A stretch of 64,000 bases of DNA from Tubiluchus corallicola (GCA_030141605.1 JAQGDQ010000753.1:37728-101727); one strand, 5' to 3'; positions 38,170 through 51,804 are shown, counted from the first letter of the stretch. Numbers and translations: made by a program. The notes: generated by a model not told the origin, from the sequence alone.

Positions 38170-39888
38170 ATGTCGATGAGAGTCAAGGCGTTATCCACGG
38201 CCGATCAGCCTTTTACTGCAGCAGCATCAGCAACCCGCAAAGATTCATTAGGTAAAGGAGATCGCATTCAAAATACTGGCTTGACAAACGAAAATCAGCT
38301 GCCACGTCTGAAAAATCAGATGATTGGCAGTGGTTCAAAACCAACTCTAGCCAAGTTAAATCACGGCTCGAGTCAGGGAAACCTTCAAGTTCAGCAGCTT
38401 TATGAATCGGATCAGAAGATGAAACAAAATGGCGATCAGTCTGGGACTCCTACAACTCAGTCTCAGTTGCCAACAGTGCGGCCCTCCAGCAGTGCTGGAA
38501 GCACTGGAAGTGGCCATACTGTGGGTGGCACGACAAAACTAAAATCTCAGCCACTGACTCCAGAGCAGTCAATGAAATTATATATGCACAAACTGTCAGC
38601 TTATGAACATCACGAAATTTTTAGCTACCAAGAAATCTTCTTTTTGGGACCAAATGCAAAAAAGAGGCAAGGAGTGATAGGTGGTCCTCAGAACAGTAGT
38701 TATGACGATGAAAACGGCTCGTACATCCATGTACCACATGACCACATTTCATATCGATATGAGGTACTAAAAGTGATTGGAAAAGGTAGTTTCGGTCAGG
38801 TAGTGAAAGCATATGATCATAAAACACATCAAAATATTGCACTAAAAATGGTACGAAATGAAAAAAGGTTTCATCGCCAGGCTGCTGAAGAAATTCGCAT
38901 TTTGGAGCACCTCAAGAAACAGGACAAAGACAATTCCATGAACATCATTCATATGTTTGACCACTTTGTTTTCCGTAATCATCAGTGTATCACATTTGAG
39001 CTGCTCAGTATCAACCTTTATGAGCTTATCAAGAAGAACAAGTTCCAGGGATTTAGTCTACAACTAGTTCGCAAGTTTGCTCATTCGCTGCTGCAATGTC
39101 TAGATGCATTACATAAAAATAAGATCATTCACTGTGATCTGAAACCTGAGAATGTGTTGCTCAAACAACAGGGTCGTAGTGGTATCAAAGTGATTGATTT
39201 CGGATCTAGCTGTTATGAGCACCAAAGGGTGTACACGTACATTCAATCGCGTTTCTATCGGGCACCTGAGGTGATTTTGGGGGCACGGTATGGAATGCCA
39301 ATTGATATGTGGAGTCTAGGATGCATACTAGCTGAACTATTGACTGGGTATCCTTTGTTACCGGGTGAGGATGAAGCGGATCAATTGGCTTGTACCATAG
39401 AACTGCTTGGCATGCCTCCTCAAAAATTGGTAGAACAGTCAAAACGTGCGAAGAATTTCATCAGTTCCAAGGGATATCCAAGATACTGTAGTGTAACAAA
39501 TTTAGCTGATGGAACTGTAGTATTAAATGGTGGGCGATCGCGGCGGGGCAAGGTACGCGGTCCACCCGGCAGCCGGGATCTGGTGCAAGCTCTAAAAGGT
39601 TGTGATGATCCGTTATTTTTAGATTTTCTTCGGAGATGTCTCGAGTGGGAGCCTGCGACACGTATGAACCCACCGGCTGCACTGCGGCACCCCTGGCTGC
39701 GGCGTCGCTTACCGAAACCACCATCTACAGAAGGAACTACTCTGTCTCCTAGTCATGGTCGAACCTCATCGCGTAGTGTAATCACCAAAATCGGTAACGG
39801 TAGCTCGAAGACCCGAGTGCCATTGCAAGAGGAAGTGTCACTAAACATGCGAACAAAACTGCCACAAATAGGAAATTCTATATTGTAA
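38170..39888 (+). CDS. DYRK2: Class-2 DYRK dual-specificity kinase, single coding exon, about 572 aa
   Basis: DH box ([11 protein letters not shown]), [25 protein letters not shown], activation loop [20 protein letters not shown]. First ATG at 38170, after an in-frame TAA at 38107. Confidence 0.95.
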   Translation: MSMRVKALSTADQPFTAAASATRKDSLGKGDRIQNTGLTNENQLPRLKNQMIGSGSKPTLAKLNHGSSQGNLQVQQLYESDQKMKQNGDQSGTPTTQSQLPTVRPSSSAGSTGSGHTVGGTTKLKSQPLTPEQSMKLYMHKLSAYEHHEIFSYQEIFFLGPNAKKRQGVIGGPQNSSYDDENGSYIHVPHDHISYRYEVLKVIGKGSFGQVVKAYDHKTHQNIALKMVRNEKRFHRQAAEEIRILEHLKKQDKDNSMNIIHMFDHFVFRNHQCITFELLSINLYELIKKNKFQGFSLQLVRKFAHSLLQCLDALHKNKIIHCDLKPENVLLKQQGRSGIKVIDFGSSCYEHQRVYTYIQSRFYRAPEVILGARYGMPIDMWSLGCILAELLTGYPLLPGEDEADQLACTIELLGMPPQKLVEQSKRAKNFISSKGYPRYCSVTNLADGTVVLNGGRSRRGKVRGPPGSRDLVQALKGCDDPLFLDFLRRCLEWEPATRMNPPAALRHPWLRRRLPKPPSTEGTTLSPSHGRTSSRSVITKIGNGSSKTRVPLQEEVSLNMRTKLPQIGNSIL

Positions 39889-42800
39889 GAGTGTGCTATG
39901 TTGCCGTAGTAACTAGTTAAATGTGGCACTTGCTTGTTTCCGCACTGAGTTGTGATAACCTATGCCAAAGTGACATTCATGAAATTATAACATTTCAAGG
40001 GATTTTTGTGTTATTTATTCAATGTACATGTATATGACGTGTGCAGTCTTGTTTAGGATGGCTATCTCCTAAGTTGGGGCAGACCAAGATCAAAAGATTC
40101 CAGACGTCAGTCATGTGGAATTTGTTTTGGAAACTGGACTGGAAGAGGGGCAAACCAGCGAGAAGTACTACAGATTGGCTGACACCGTGATCATAGTCCT
40201 TAGATGCTGTGGTGAATTTGTTATTAATCTTTATCAGTTAGCTCTACCATTTTCCGTACTTTTATAATTCTGTTAACATTAGGCTTGTAGCACTTTGATG
40301 AGTGCTGCAGTTTAATCTGTGCCATCCTGATTGATAGGAATAAGTATTTTCATAACAGGGTGACAAAAACAAAGCATTCAGATTTCATTGACCACAAAAC
40401 TTTGAAGATAAATGGATCAAAGTTGTTAGCATAGTAGCAGACGGATACGGCCTATAATTGATACTGATGTCAACAAGTTAGACTCAAAGCTCTGCAAACT
40501 AAAAAACGTGGGGGGGGGGGATAACCTGCAAGCAAAAATAAGATTAAATTTATATAAAAAGTTTTACTTAAAAAAATTTATGTGGTCATTTAAATCGCCT
40601 AACTTGGAATAAATTACACTCGGATAAATTACCTTCTTGCCATTTCCAAACTTCGTTTAAATTCTCAAAATTAATATATGGAGAAGCAGTGTAACAGATT
40701 TTGACAGTTGTCATTTATATATGCTAAACTGTCTGGCACTTGTCATTTGTGGATAAATGCTTTTACATGCACACATATGTAATCTTTGTAGCTTTGAGTA
40801 TCTAGATTACAAAATTGGCAGAATTATTAAGCAGTATCCATGTGCTAATGCGCATTGTATCTCAACGCTATCATCTTTGAATTCAAATTTGGAAACCTGG
40901 CATTATGTTTGCCCTAGATCCTCTACTTTCTGCACCGCTGCTGGTTAAGACAGAGGCAATTCCACCAGATTTTACATGTGAAGGCCGGTGTACCTGTTTC
41001 AACACTTGTGGGTTCATATAAAGTGTTCCATGTACCTTAATTGCTCCCTTTATGGTATTTAATGCTTTGAATGGTTAAAAATACTTGTCGGCCTTGTAAG
41101 CTATTTTATTACCTGAAGTATATAGACTTTGCATCAGTTCATGTCTGCCTTGTCTGAGTTTGCAATTGCTGGCATATCTTATGAGGACATGTTGGTCAGA
41201 ACCATTTTTGTGTGCTCTTCTCGTACAGACATGCAAAGTTTTTTAAGTTCACAAGTGGGTAACTTTCATGTAAAAAAGGTCGATAGTAGCACACTCTTTT
41301 TGGCATTTTTTTGAAACTGTAAGGTTGTTTTAAAGTAATTATCATAAAATGTATATCAGGCACAAACATTTTTTAGCATGGGGCCAAAAATAAGAAAACT
41401 CATCACAAAAAATTGGAGATATTTTGTTCTCATTAAGTTGTTAGCCCAATATGCCTTAATTCTAATTGCCAATCTCATAACATTTGGTTGATACTATTGA
41501 TTTTCTTGTCTTTATTTCTCAGCATTGCCTGCAAGTTGTACCATTTTAAAATCGAAATTAGCAGTGTCACCTGACTTGGTGTTTCGCTTGCAACAAGGAC
41601 GCTTGATGAATTAACTCATTCACTTATTTGGTTTCCTTCTAACTAAACTATTTTAAAAATACCATATGAACACTTTTGGTTGGAACTTATGAAATACAAA
41701 AAGAAATAATACGAATATTGTTTTTGAAACTCCAGTAAAAATGTACGCTAATTATGATAATATCAGAGCTGTGAGTGCTGTCAAAGCTAACTTTTTCGAA
41801 CATCAAAAAAGGTAACGAGACTCTTTGGTCCCTTTTTTAAAACTTGATTCTCTTTTATCATTATGATGCTTTCGTTGATCAGTTTGGAGTCGAAGCTAGC
41901 AGTTGTTAACCCGACAATTTCAAAATCCTGTTTGCACAACGTGTCAAAGTTTTGCCGGCTGTTAAACACCCTTAGTTGGCAAAAGCATCACTTTGTGTGT
42001 AGTAGATCCTAGGTTCGAATCCAAGTTGAGGACAGTTTCTTCTACACATCACTTTTTTCCTGCCAGGCTGGCATTAAAGCTATCAATTTCTTCGCAGTGT
42101 GAAAGACTTTTGTCATTAGTATCTAAATGTACTTTTTTGTAGGCTCGTTTCAGTTCTCATGCACTATAGTCATGTTATTCATAATCTCTTGGTTCAAGTT
42201 TACAGAGTGTGCCCCGATTATTGTTACTTCACTTTTCTTTCCTATGGGTTTATTTCGTTGCTGTACTAGTTTGTGTATTATAAGTTCATCTGCTGATGTG
42301 GTTAGTCTGGCTCAAGTGTTTTGACATCCTTGCATTCCTGTGTGGAGCCCACACATGCATAAACGTGTTGTTTAGCTCTGGGATTATCTCTGCTCTGTCT
42401 TACTGTACAGGCTAGCAGCTGCTGTTGTTGTTACAGTACACTTAACTTTATTCTCTTCTTTGAGTGTCCCTTCATGTGTTGATTACACACGCATCTGCTC
42501 CGTCCTCCCGTTTATGTTGGTATTTGTGCCTGCTGTACATCCACTGTCCTCCATTCATTGCCAGACGTGTCTGTGTATTCTGTGATATGAGGCGTCGATT
42601 GAGTCACTTCGAACATGTGGCACAAATTCCGCCCGTTAACTCGTTCTTATCTTCCGTGTTTGCGATTTTGCCCAATTTTCTGCAAGCTGTAGAAATTTCC
42701 TGTTTTATCCTGGCCTTGAACTAGCGCTCTCAAAATGGCCGCCATTGCCTTTGTTACCTGAGTTTGGAATTTCCTTTGTCTTGGTCGGTCGGTTTTCTTT

Positions 42801-44281
42801 TCTGCGTTTAGGTTTTTACATAGGATTTCTTTGTCACAAATAATGCAGCTGTAAGTATTTCAGAATGTCGAGTACCTTAGTTGAGAGAGGAAAACAATGA
42901 ACAAACATCAGTAGAAAAATTTACAGGATGAACCAGTATGATTCGCTTCACGTATTTTGTTTCTCGCAAAGCAAGTCTTCAAGTGATCAACGGTAACTTT
43001 TTTCTTCTTCGTTCTTTTGCTTCATGCTGGCAAATGCTGCGCGAGTCACACAAGATTCTTTCTTGTATGAGACTGTCTATTGCTCTCCTGCTGAGATGTA
43101 ACAATTTGTCTTGGTAAAAAGTCAGGCAAATTGGAAAGGGTTACAAAAATAACAACCGTGAACTGATATTTTTCCAGACGTATTTTTCAGCGATTCGTGT
43201 TCAAACAAAATTTTGTCATACTATGGTAGGCACCCAGTTTCGATTTCTGTTTCAAAAATAATGATTGGCCGACACATTATATATCAGTATATGTATGAAT
43301 GTCCATACATAAAAAATGCTTGAATACGTATACTGGCAATGCATTTCTGCTTATCTTGGGCATGGAAAATCATCAATATTTGGTCAGGGAAAAGTCAGGG
43401 AAATTTATTTTAAAATTCGTTGGGAGCCCTGTGGGCCGTTATCATCAATCATTCATCATCATGTGTCACAGTTTCTGTTAACATTGTACCATGACTGCCA
43501 CCTATTGGTCTGCTGAGTTATTGTTCTTCAGTAATGACATATATTGCCATTTCTATTAACATTGTTCCATGGCGACTATCTATTTTTGTAGATATTTCTG
43601 TGTCGGGACGCCATCAATTTGTCGCCGGCAACAACAGTTTCTATTGACACTTCCGCGTGGATCGCAGCGGCGGCTTCCCTGGCTTCATTCTGCGTCAGCT
43701 TCAGCACCGTTGCTGAGGCTGAGGAAAACATTGATCCGGTGTTGATGGCGTTGCCCCAGGCGATTTGAACCGGGTAGATGAAACATTCATGAATAACAAG
43801 AAGGCGATGACTCAGGGCACTGGCTTCGTTATCACCAATTGATGGTTTCATCGTCGAGATTTGTGACTGGCTGTCCTTCGTTAATAGTCATTTTCAGTTA
43901 TACATCATATTGCTGTTTAGATTTTGAAGGAGCAGTATATATAAGTAACTACCTTTTTCTAACTCTGCATTCAAATTAACCATTGGTATTCTTGACAGAA
44001 TTTCATTTGTGGGACGTGGACCCACTTAGTTTAAATTAACTTTGCGTTTTCTTGAAAGTTGAACAAAGGGATCACTTACCATCTCTTCCAGATTTCCTGG
44101 CTTAACCGAATTCTTCGCATTACTTGACACCCCACGAGCCTGGAGAAGTGTTTCAAGTGAAGGGTGTTACTTTTCCATGAAGGACTTCTTTTGGCAGAGT
44201 GATTGCTAAACTCTGATTTTGTTGGTTCCGCCCCGCTAGATGGCTATCACCTAGTACAAGAACAAACGTATCTTTAATTAT

Positions 44282-44740
44282 CCCTTTCATACCCGTTGTA
44301 TCCCATGGGATACAAGAATATTTTCTGCCTTTAAAATTAATAAAATTTTAAAACTGACAGTTATTTGAGCTGTTAATAGTTATTTTGATTTAAGCCAATA
44401 ACAATAGACTAAAATGGTGATAAAATAGCAAATTAAAAAATCTACGTAGCATAAAAAACTGTGCAAGGTACAGTACTTTAGAGACGACTTTGTACAGATC
44501 AGCATAGCGTGCATACAAAATGTCTTAAATACTTTAAAAAATTATCAGCAGTCGCAAAATGAAGCACATTTTATGCTTCCATTGAATCCCAATGTATCCC
44601 GTGGGATACAGGCTATATTTAGCACGCGGGCACAGGTAGAAAGAGATAGTTATTATGTGTAAACAAGATGGACATACTGAACAAAAGTACCAAGCCAAAA
44701 AAAAATTTCTTATTAAAAACATAATTTGGGACTGAAAGGG
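44282..44740. mobile_element. piggyBac-type MITE
   Basis: ttat|ccctttca...tgaaaggg|ttaa, with subterminal tgtatccc(a/g)tgggataca palindromes near both ends. Confidence 0.65.
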
Positions 44741-46599
44741 TTAACCAGAATAGGTTGACTTTTATCTTCCCCGCCTGGGTCACCTCCTCCCTCTGTTGTG
44801 ATAATTTGGATACGCCACTGGTAGTTTCTCTTTCGGTCACTAGGCATTTAATTCTGAACGAAAAATCTAGTTGATCCGGATGGCTTTGATAGAGGCAAGA
44901 GTCGTAAAGAGGAAAGCTTCCTTCTCAGAACTTGCTGATTGCGCCGTTGTCATGGCAACAGGATGCTGCGCCTAACGCGATTATCTTTGCTTGCTGAATG
45001 ACCAATTCTCAGTTCCATCTCAGTCTTTGTTTACAACCCTGATTTCCTTTCTTCAAGCTTCCCTTAACACTTTAATGGAAAAGAAACGATCGACCTGCTT
45101 GTTGGAACTGATCTTCTTGCAAATAAATTAATGGTAACTGACGTCATAGTGACGTCATTTAGTATGACCTTTAGTGCATTCAATCATTATTATTCATTCG
45201 ACATAGAGCCGAAGGCTCTTTGTATTGTTCATATCGACTGCTAATTTGTATTAACATTTGTACAAGACTATACAAATATATTTTACGTACTATCCATTAA
45301 TGTCAGCACGCCTGTGTATTCAGTATTATGACATTACCAGTTCAACTGAGTTGTAAGTTTGATGAAGACATATTTCATTGCTTACATTAAAGTGGTTTAT
45401 TTGCACCTTGGAGCTCTGCCATAAGATCATTGGTACTCACCTCAGCCTGGTTTAACTTGTAGCCTCTCCTATGATTGAGCTTCCGTGTTTAGCTCATGTA
45501 AAAATGCAAAATTTGGTGTCGTTTTTCTGCAGTTTACTTGCTTTATTTGGTTTTAAATCTCGACTTACTTTGTCGGTTGAAAATACGAGAAGATGCAAAA
45601 TTTTGCCCCCGAATTAATCTTGTGGAGCCAACCAGCAGCGATGTTAGTGAAGGTCGCCCTATTAGCAATGTCTGAATACTCCAAGCAATCAAAATCTAAT
45701 TACTGTTTGCTAATTTAGTCACACGTTCTGTGTGTAACAAAGTACTTGAACATGTTACAGTATCGTACATGTTAAAGTACAGTTTAGACAAGAATGATGA
45801 TTGAACAGGAAAGTCAAAATTAATGAAAGTGGTGAAAGGGAATTTTTAAGTACATCCCAAAAAAACTTTCCATATAAAGTTATATTACGTTTTATTACGT
45901 TTACGTGTTTGAAAGACTTATAGTTTTGGAACAGAAAATTATTAATATTATGAAATGTTCTTGCCACCTTGTAAACGCCAATGCATCGTAATCTCAGTAT
46001 GCTCCACTCCTTCACCAAAAATTCATCATTAATCTCACTGAAATATAAAGTAATTTGATTTTTTGCTTAGTTAGAGGAGTGTTCTGATTATTTTTTCAAA
46101 CTCTACGCGGTGTTAGCTGAACTTATTTCAAACGACTTAGCGTTAAAGTGAATGCGATACGCCTAACGGTTATCGCTGTAGTTTAAATTCGTGAGTTTTA
46201 TACAGCGTTACTGCTAACGCAAACGTTTTTCCCAATAAGACAGCATGTAAGGTGATATAAAGTTTCAGGACGAATTCTTTAAGCTTTAGTATGGAAACTG
46301 TTTTCTTGTCCTTTGACTAATTGCTTGGAGTGTTTTGAACTGATGTTAAAATCTACAGACTGCAAGCTTATAACAATCAATTAAGCCACCAAGAAAACTG
46401 TAAAATTCTCTTCCCCCCTCCCCGTCTTAGGTTTAACTTTAACTTATTTTTGACAGACCTTTGGTTAAGTGTTTATAATGTTTTCTCAAGTACCATGCTA
46501 TTAGTCAAACTACTCAGAACCCAAAAGCTTTTAAAATCACTTCTCTGTTTTTGCTTGAAAATGTTTCCTGTTTTAGATGCCGAACCCTTGTCAAGACCC

Positions 46600-46710
46600 A
46601 CTTCATTTCACAGAAAATTTGGCACATTTTTTATCGCTTCTACCGCGTTTTTTATAGCGTCTGGGCTGTATCGTTTTCTGGAGGGCGTATTTTTAGTGTG
46701 TAGTCTGCGT
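46600..46710 (-). mobile_element. Possible relic of a pogo/psq-HTH transposase N-terminus
   Basis: Minus strand reads KNTPSRKRYSPDAIKNAVEAIKN, resembling psq-type HTH starts; stops soon after. Confidence 0.3.
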
Positions 46711-48284
46711 ATCCCTGCACATACCACCAAATAAGTCTTCAACTAGAATCCACTTTCAAGGGGAAATTTGGTGTAATAATTTGCCAAAAATTACTAGAAC
46801 TTCACGATGTGTTATAGCTAGCTGGCTCTGTGCTGTAATAATGTAATCGAAACTTGCAAAAAGATTCTGAATTCTGCCTTGTCTGTTGCAATTCCAGCTT
46901 TTCCTGCTTCTGTTCGGAATGAAACTTAGCACCCTGTTTACGACTCCGCGTATGGAACCCATTAGAGTTGTCCATACGTGCAGATCGTGAGAGAATGGGC
47001 ACAGTCGATAGCCACTATCACCCCCTACCCCATCTTCTATGTAGAGGATCGAGGTCTAACTTAAATTTCTTTGCGATTTGTTGAACACGTTCGGAGAGGG
47101 CTACCCATTTAAACCTCTTTTTGCTTTTAACCGTTAATCTAAAACTCATGAGTCATAAACGGACTTCCGTTTTTCTAGGTCTTCGTGTTCAGATTACATC
47201 CCTTCCTTTAAACTAGAACGCGTTTGAAAGTCGAAAATGTTTCTGAAAGCAAAAACGCTTGATTCATGCACAACCAGACAATGACTTGAGGCATTTAAGT
47301 CTGCCTGCCTAGGCAGTTACCAGCATGCTGTTAGCCAGGTCTGTAATTAAATCTGCCGTCTCAAAGATGCCAATTATGAAGACATCTTTTTGGAGTTAAG
47401 GCTAGAATGAGAGAAATTGTACGAATCTTAATCACAGCAAGCATTTGCGAACAACTTTAGTGGCTTTGTCATGTAAAAACAAAATGTATTTAAATCCTGG
47501 AATAAATCCCCATGTCTGCTTTAGAAAAATGACCAGTGAACTCAAACGATTGACAAACGTTATAACTGTCTATTAAATATTTATGTAGGAATTCGGTTCA
47601 AACGAAGTCTTTTGTGTCTGGAAATATCTTCTCTTTTGCAACATTTTCTGCTGAAAGGGATGTTTATTTTTCGTACTCAAACCGGGTTGAGTAGTAAAAT
47701 GTTCAAAACAATGATTCTGTTAACTTCTGTTTGATTAGGAAACGCTTTCAAACACTCAGCGGGTATCCTTATGTCGTTGTACCCTTTCTAAAGTGCGTAT
47801 CTATGACGCAGGCTCACAGACATCTGTAGCTAACAACTTGGCATTCGCAGAAGAAAGAGGTTTGGTTGCAGAATTCCTAGGTTCGTGCTTTCACGGAAAT
47901 TAGAGTCAATGTTAAGTTCTGTCTTGTGACACACGGTAGCGCTAGTGGTGGCGGTGGAGGGAGACACGCCCTTCGTCGTTGATTTATCATCATTGCAACC
48001 AACAAGATTCATCTCTGTAAGGGATATTCCACCAAATATAATGTAGGTCGCTGACCCCCGGGGTCTACACACTCCCGGGTGTTATTACCAGTTTGCTGCT
48101 GCTAGTCTGTGCAAACACTGATATCAACTTGCTTGATACAGCCCGATGTTGTTATTAACCCAATAATGTTCGTAACGGTGTCAAATAAGACCCGCCGTTT
48201 GGTTCACTCAAGTTGCGAGATTAAGGCTTTCATGATTTTTACAGTCTGCAATTTCTGACTATGATTAGGCCTTGCTGGTGATGG

Positions 48285-48560
48285 CCTCAATAAGCCTTTT
48301 CAGAATTGCAGCGATTGATGATGATCGTGGAAAGGTCAAAGTTTAAGTGTACCAGACAACGTATAGTAAATCACTCTACGCATAGACTAATGCATAATTA
48401 AGTAACGTCTACGGAAAACGAGTTACTAAACTGATCCGGCAGAAGGCTTTGCTTCACGCATGTTACGTGACGGTTGTAGTTAAAGACGCGTTGCTGTGGT
48501 ACACTTAGCCTTTGACCTACAGCATCTGCGCGTGCGCTTAACTAAACTGTGAAGGCTTAT
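48285..48560. repeat. Second (reverse) copy of the aggtcaaagg-motif repeat
   Basis: Shares aaggtcaaagtttaagtgtaccagacaac, gactaatgcataatt and gtacacttagcctttgacctacagca with 1650-2000. Confidence 0.7.
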
Positions 48561-49396
48561 TATGGTGGAAATTTGAGCAGGCATTTGTTGAAGACTGATT
48601 TGTGGAAGTATGTTAAATGTTTCTATGTAACATTTGCCCAACCCCTTTGTGGTACACTGACCACCATATAATATTACCTTACATTATCAACAACAAACAC
48701 ATTTTGAATTTTCGAGATGGCAGCACCGTCGCAAGTATGTTTCTACTCTTTAGTGTTGCATTTAGAAACTAATGATGCAATTAGTAATGAGATTAATGGG
48801 GTTATTCCTTTATAATTGTATTCTAGTGTTTCAAATGTACAATAATGTTGGAGCTGACTGTCTGCAAATAGATCACTATCTATCTAATTGTCTGTAATAA
48901 TTATAGACCTATGATAGTCTAGGAAGTCTTGCACATTCTCATGTAATTCTTTCCGTTCTTTATGCAGTCAGTGTATAGTTAAGGAAGCATTTGTAAAGCA
49001 TTTACACAGAGATTCTGAGTGAAAATTTTGCGAAGTTGAGTTGCTAACATGTATTATGTACGTTATTTTTGACTCATGTTTTGATCTCAGCGATTCTATG
49101 TTGTCGTTTTTATTATGCGTCCCGTTGTAATATGTAGGTAAATAATTGTCTAAAGTTACATTGTTCGTTACATTTCGTTGAAATCTAGTCGCATATTGGC
49201 GGTAATAATATGATGCATTCCTTGAGTATTTTTGTGCATTTTTAAGCCGCCGTATATTGTAGTTTATTGGACTGACGTTTTTATATAGAATAATTTGTCC
49301 CAGTGCTTCTAAATCTTAATTTAACAAGTTTTATAAGCACTTCTTACTGTTTCCTAAGCTAATGACGTCATTTTTGCAGCCACGTCGTTTTTTATA

Positions 49397-49899
49397 GGTT
49401 TTACACGTCAAATGTAGACACAGGAAACTTCAAATGTGACTTAGGTAAGTCAAATGTAGACATAGGAATTTCGAATGTGTTTTGGTAACTAAAATGTGAC
49501 TTAGGTAAGTCAAATGTAGACGCAGTACTTTGAATAAATCGGTAATTAAGTTATTTAAGGGCAAATTAGAAAAAGATAAACCAAAGATAGTGCATCTATT
49601 AGTAGGCCTATAACGTTTTTATTTTAACTTAGGAGCAATTATTAAATTGAAATTAAAGAAGATTAAATTTAACATCCGTAAACTTAATTTAACAACACCT
49701 GTCCCACATATGAGATACCAATGTCACATTTGACTTGACATGTGTCTACATTTCACTTGAAAAAAACGCTTAAGATTTGTTGAAAACCATTGTTAACACA
49801 TTTGAACTACTAAAGTCTACATTTGAGTTACCAAGACACATTTGAATTATCTAAATCTACATTTGAGTTAACGCAGGTCTACATTTGACATGTAAAACG
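49397..49899. mobile_element. MITE family C, copy 3 (reverse)
   Basis: Same termini; tata flanks. Confidence 0.85.
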
Positions 49900-50116
49900 T
49901 ATAATTAAAGTGTATCTCTGTTTTGATGCAGTATCAAAATATTTATTTTTGTCAGTATATTTGCAGTTCGATTCTGTAACTGTGACGAAAGAGTTATTCT
50001 ATCAGTTGTATTCTCTATATTCTTAAAATGCTGACGTTTTCTGTATATAAACCTAGATATTTAAATATTTTTAACAACGTTGAAAACGTTTTTCTTACAT
50101 CTGGCGAAGTTATGAA

Positions 50117-50488
50117 CAGGGCCTATTTCAGCCTAGGCGAGGCCTGGGGAAGTGGGGCGTGTGAGGCCCCATGGGTGCGCTACCATGGTTGGCGCCCAGA
50201 AAATTTTTGAACTGCTAGAACGCTGGAGAAACATTTTCGAAGAGAAAATATAGAGTTATACAGTTGTTAAAAGAAAGACAATTGAAAGAAAAACTGCTTT
50301 ATTCTCAAGATCAGTCCTTAATACTTGTCAATACTGGCAAACGGCGTGTGTGTGGCAAGAGAAAGAGAGGGAGAGAGGAGGCAGTATGTTCGCATAAAGC
50401 AAAAAAATGTTACCTTGGTGCGAGGCCCCCCCTGGAGGGTGAGGCCCCGGGGAAGTATCCCCACTTTCCCCCCTTGAAATAGGCCCTG
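50117..50488. mobile_element. MITE family E, copy 2
   Basis: Perfect 8-bp TSD gttatgaa. Confidence 0.92.
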
Positions 50489-51804
50489 GTTATGAAATTG
50501 ATTAGAAAATTGAAACTTTGTTCTGGTCATGTATTTCTGAGCCTTAATGCATTTATTTCTGTTCATCAAGACTCCCAAATTGCTTTCAGCCATTCAATCG
50601 CCCAATGTCGCCATGTATGTGGAATTTAAATCGACTTAAATCGTCTACAAACATGTCGCCAAAATGGCGAAGCTTTTCATTCAGTTTGTGGACGGTCTAA
50701 ATGGCTTCAATCGTTTACTCTGGAAATCGTCAAAGAAGCCAAGTAACAATTTCACTAGCGATTGTGCAGGAAAAATGCTCAATCCGGTCTTTTGGAGACT
50801 TTAAAAGCGCACGGATCAATATCAGACAGCCAAAGTTGTCATTACCATCGGCCATATTGTCGTTGCCATGGCGACAAGCGTGTCATTCCGCCGTCATTTT
50901 ATTAGCAAAACGACCTTTCACATGTTTCTGACAAGCGTATATATTGGCATATACTTTTTAATGATGCGCACAGATATCAATGCGAGTTTCTCGAATAGGC
51001 AAGTAAATGTGACGTCACATCTTACAGAAATATGGAGGAAATCTTTAGTTCTTTAAAAGTTTCATAATTCATTGCTGGGGTGAACCCTGCTTTTAAAAAG
51101 CTGGAGGCTCAACAAATTTTACTGTAGCCGTGCAACGAACCCATCGGGAGCAGGGCTTACTGGTCGATTCCAAAATATTCTGCTGGGACTGCTTAGGTCT
51201 CTGGAGCTTTTATTCGACATGTGAACGTTTGCTTACTCTATTAGACGCATAATATTAGTCAGCAGCTCTGTGCCTCATGTATTCTGTTAGGACATCATGA
51301 AGACGTCTGTAACAGTTGAGTTTGTTTGAACTATAAATCTATCTTATTATTCAAATACAAAATTTTGGACTTTGACTTGAAATTCTCTTAATATGCTCTT
51401 TGTGTGAGTAGCTGCCATAATTGTTCGCAAACAAGTTACTACATGTGTAATTTTAAAACTCATGTTAGGACATGTTTCTTTTCTCACCGAAGCAGTGTTA
51501 GAATTACTTAGTCTGTAGAAAATCTTGTTCCTTCTAATAGAATTATAATCGCTGTTTGCATTTTTGTCTATTTATTATGAAAACATGTACTTATGACGTC
51601 ATTATAAGGATTAGCTAATTCTCTATTTGTCGTACGTTGTGCACAATAAAATGTCGTATTGTACTGTAAAATATAGTTGATGTGTGAATAATAAAGTTGT
51701 ATAAATTTCACATTTTCGAAAACTTACTTTGTGTATTGGTTTCGTATTTTTCAACTTTTGCTTGTTCACATTTGAATATGTAGAAAAGAACAAAAAGAAT
51801 AGAA

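Larger units (their letters stand above)
34402..39306. repeat. Inverted repeat: arms 34402-36226 and 37482-39306 (1825 bp each), 1255-bp spacer
   Basis: Mirror coordinates sum to 73708 at all positions checked; ORF-track proteins are duplicated on opposite strands. Confidence 0.95.

Noticed and set aside
41970-42035. tRNA gene (ggttcgaatcc B-box)
   Set aside because: No complete cloverleaf or acceptor stem; at most a decayed SINE head.
42127-42760. Decayed gene or LINE ORF1 on the minus strand
   Set aside because: Coding-like composition and a CxxC, but multiple stops and no motif I can assign.
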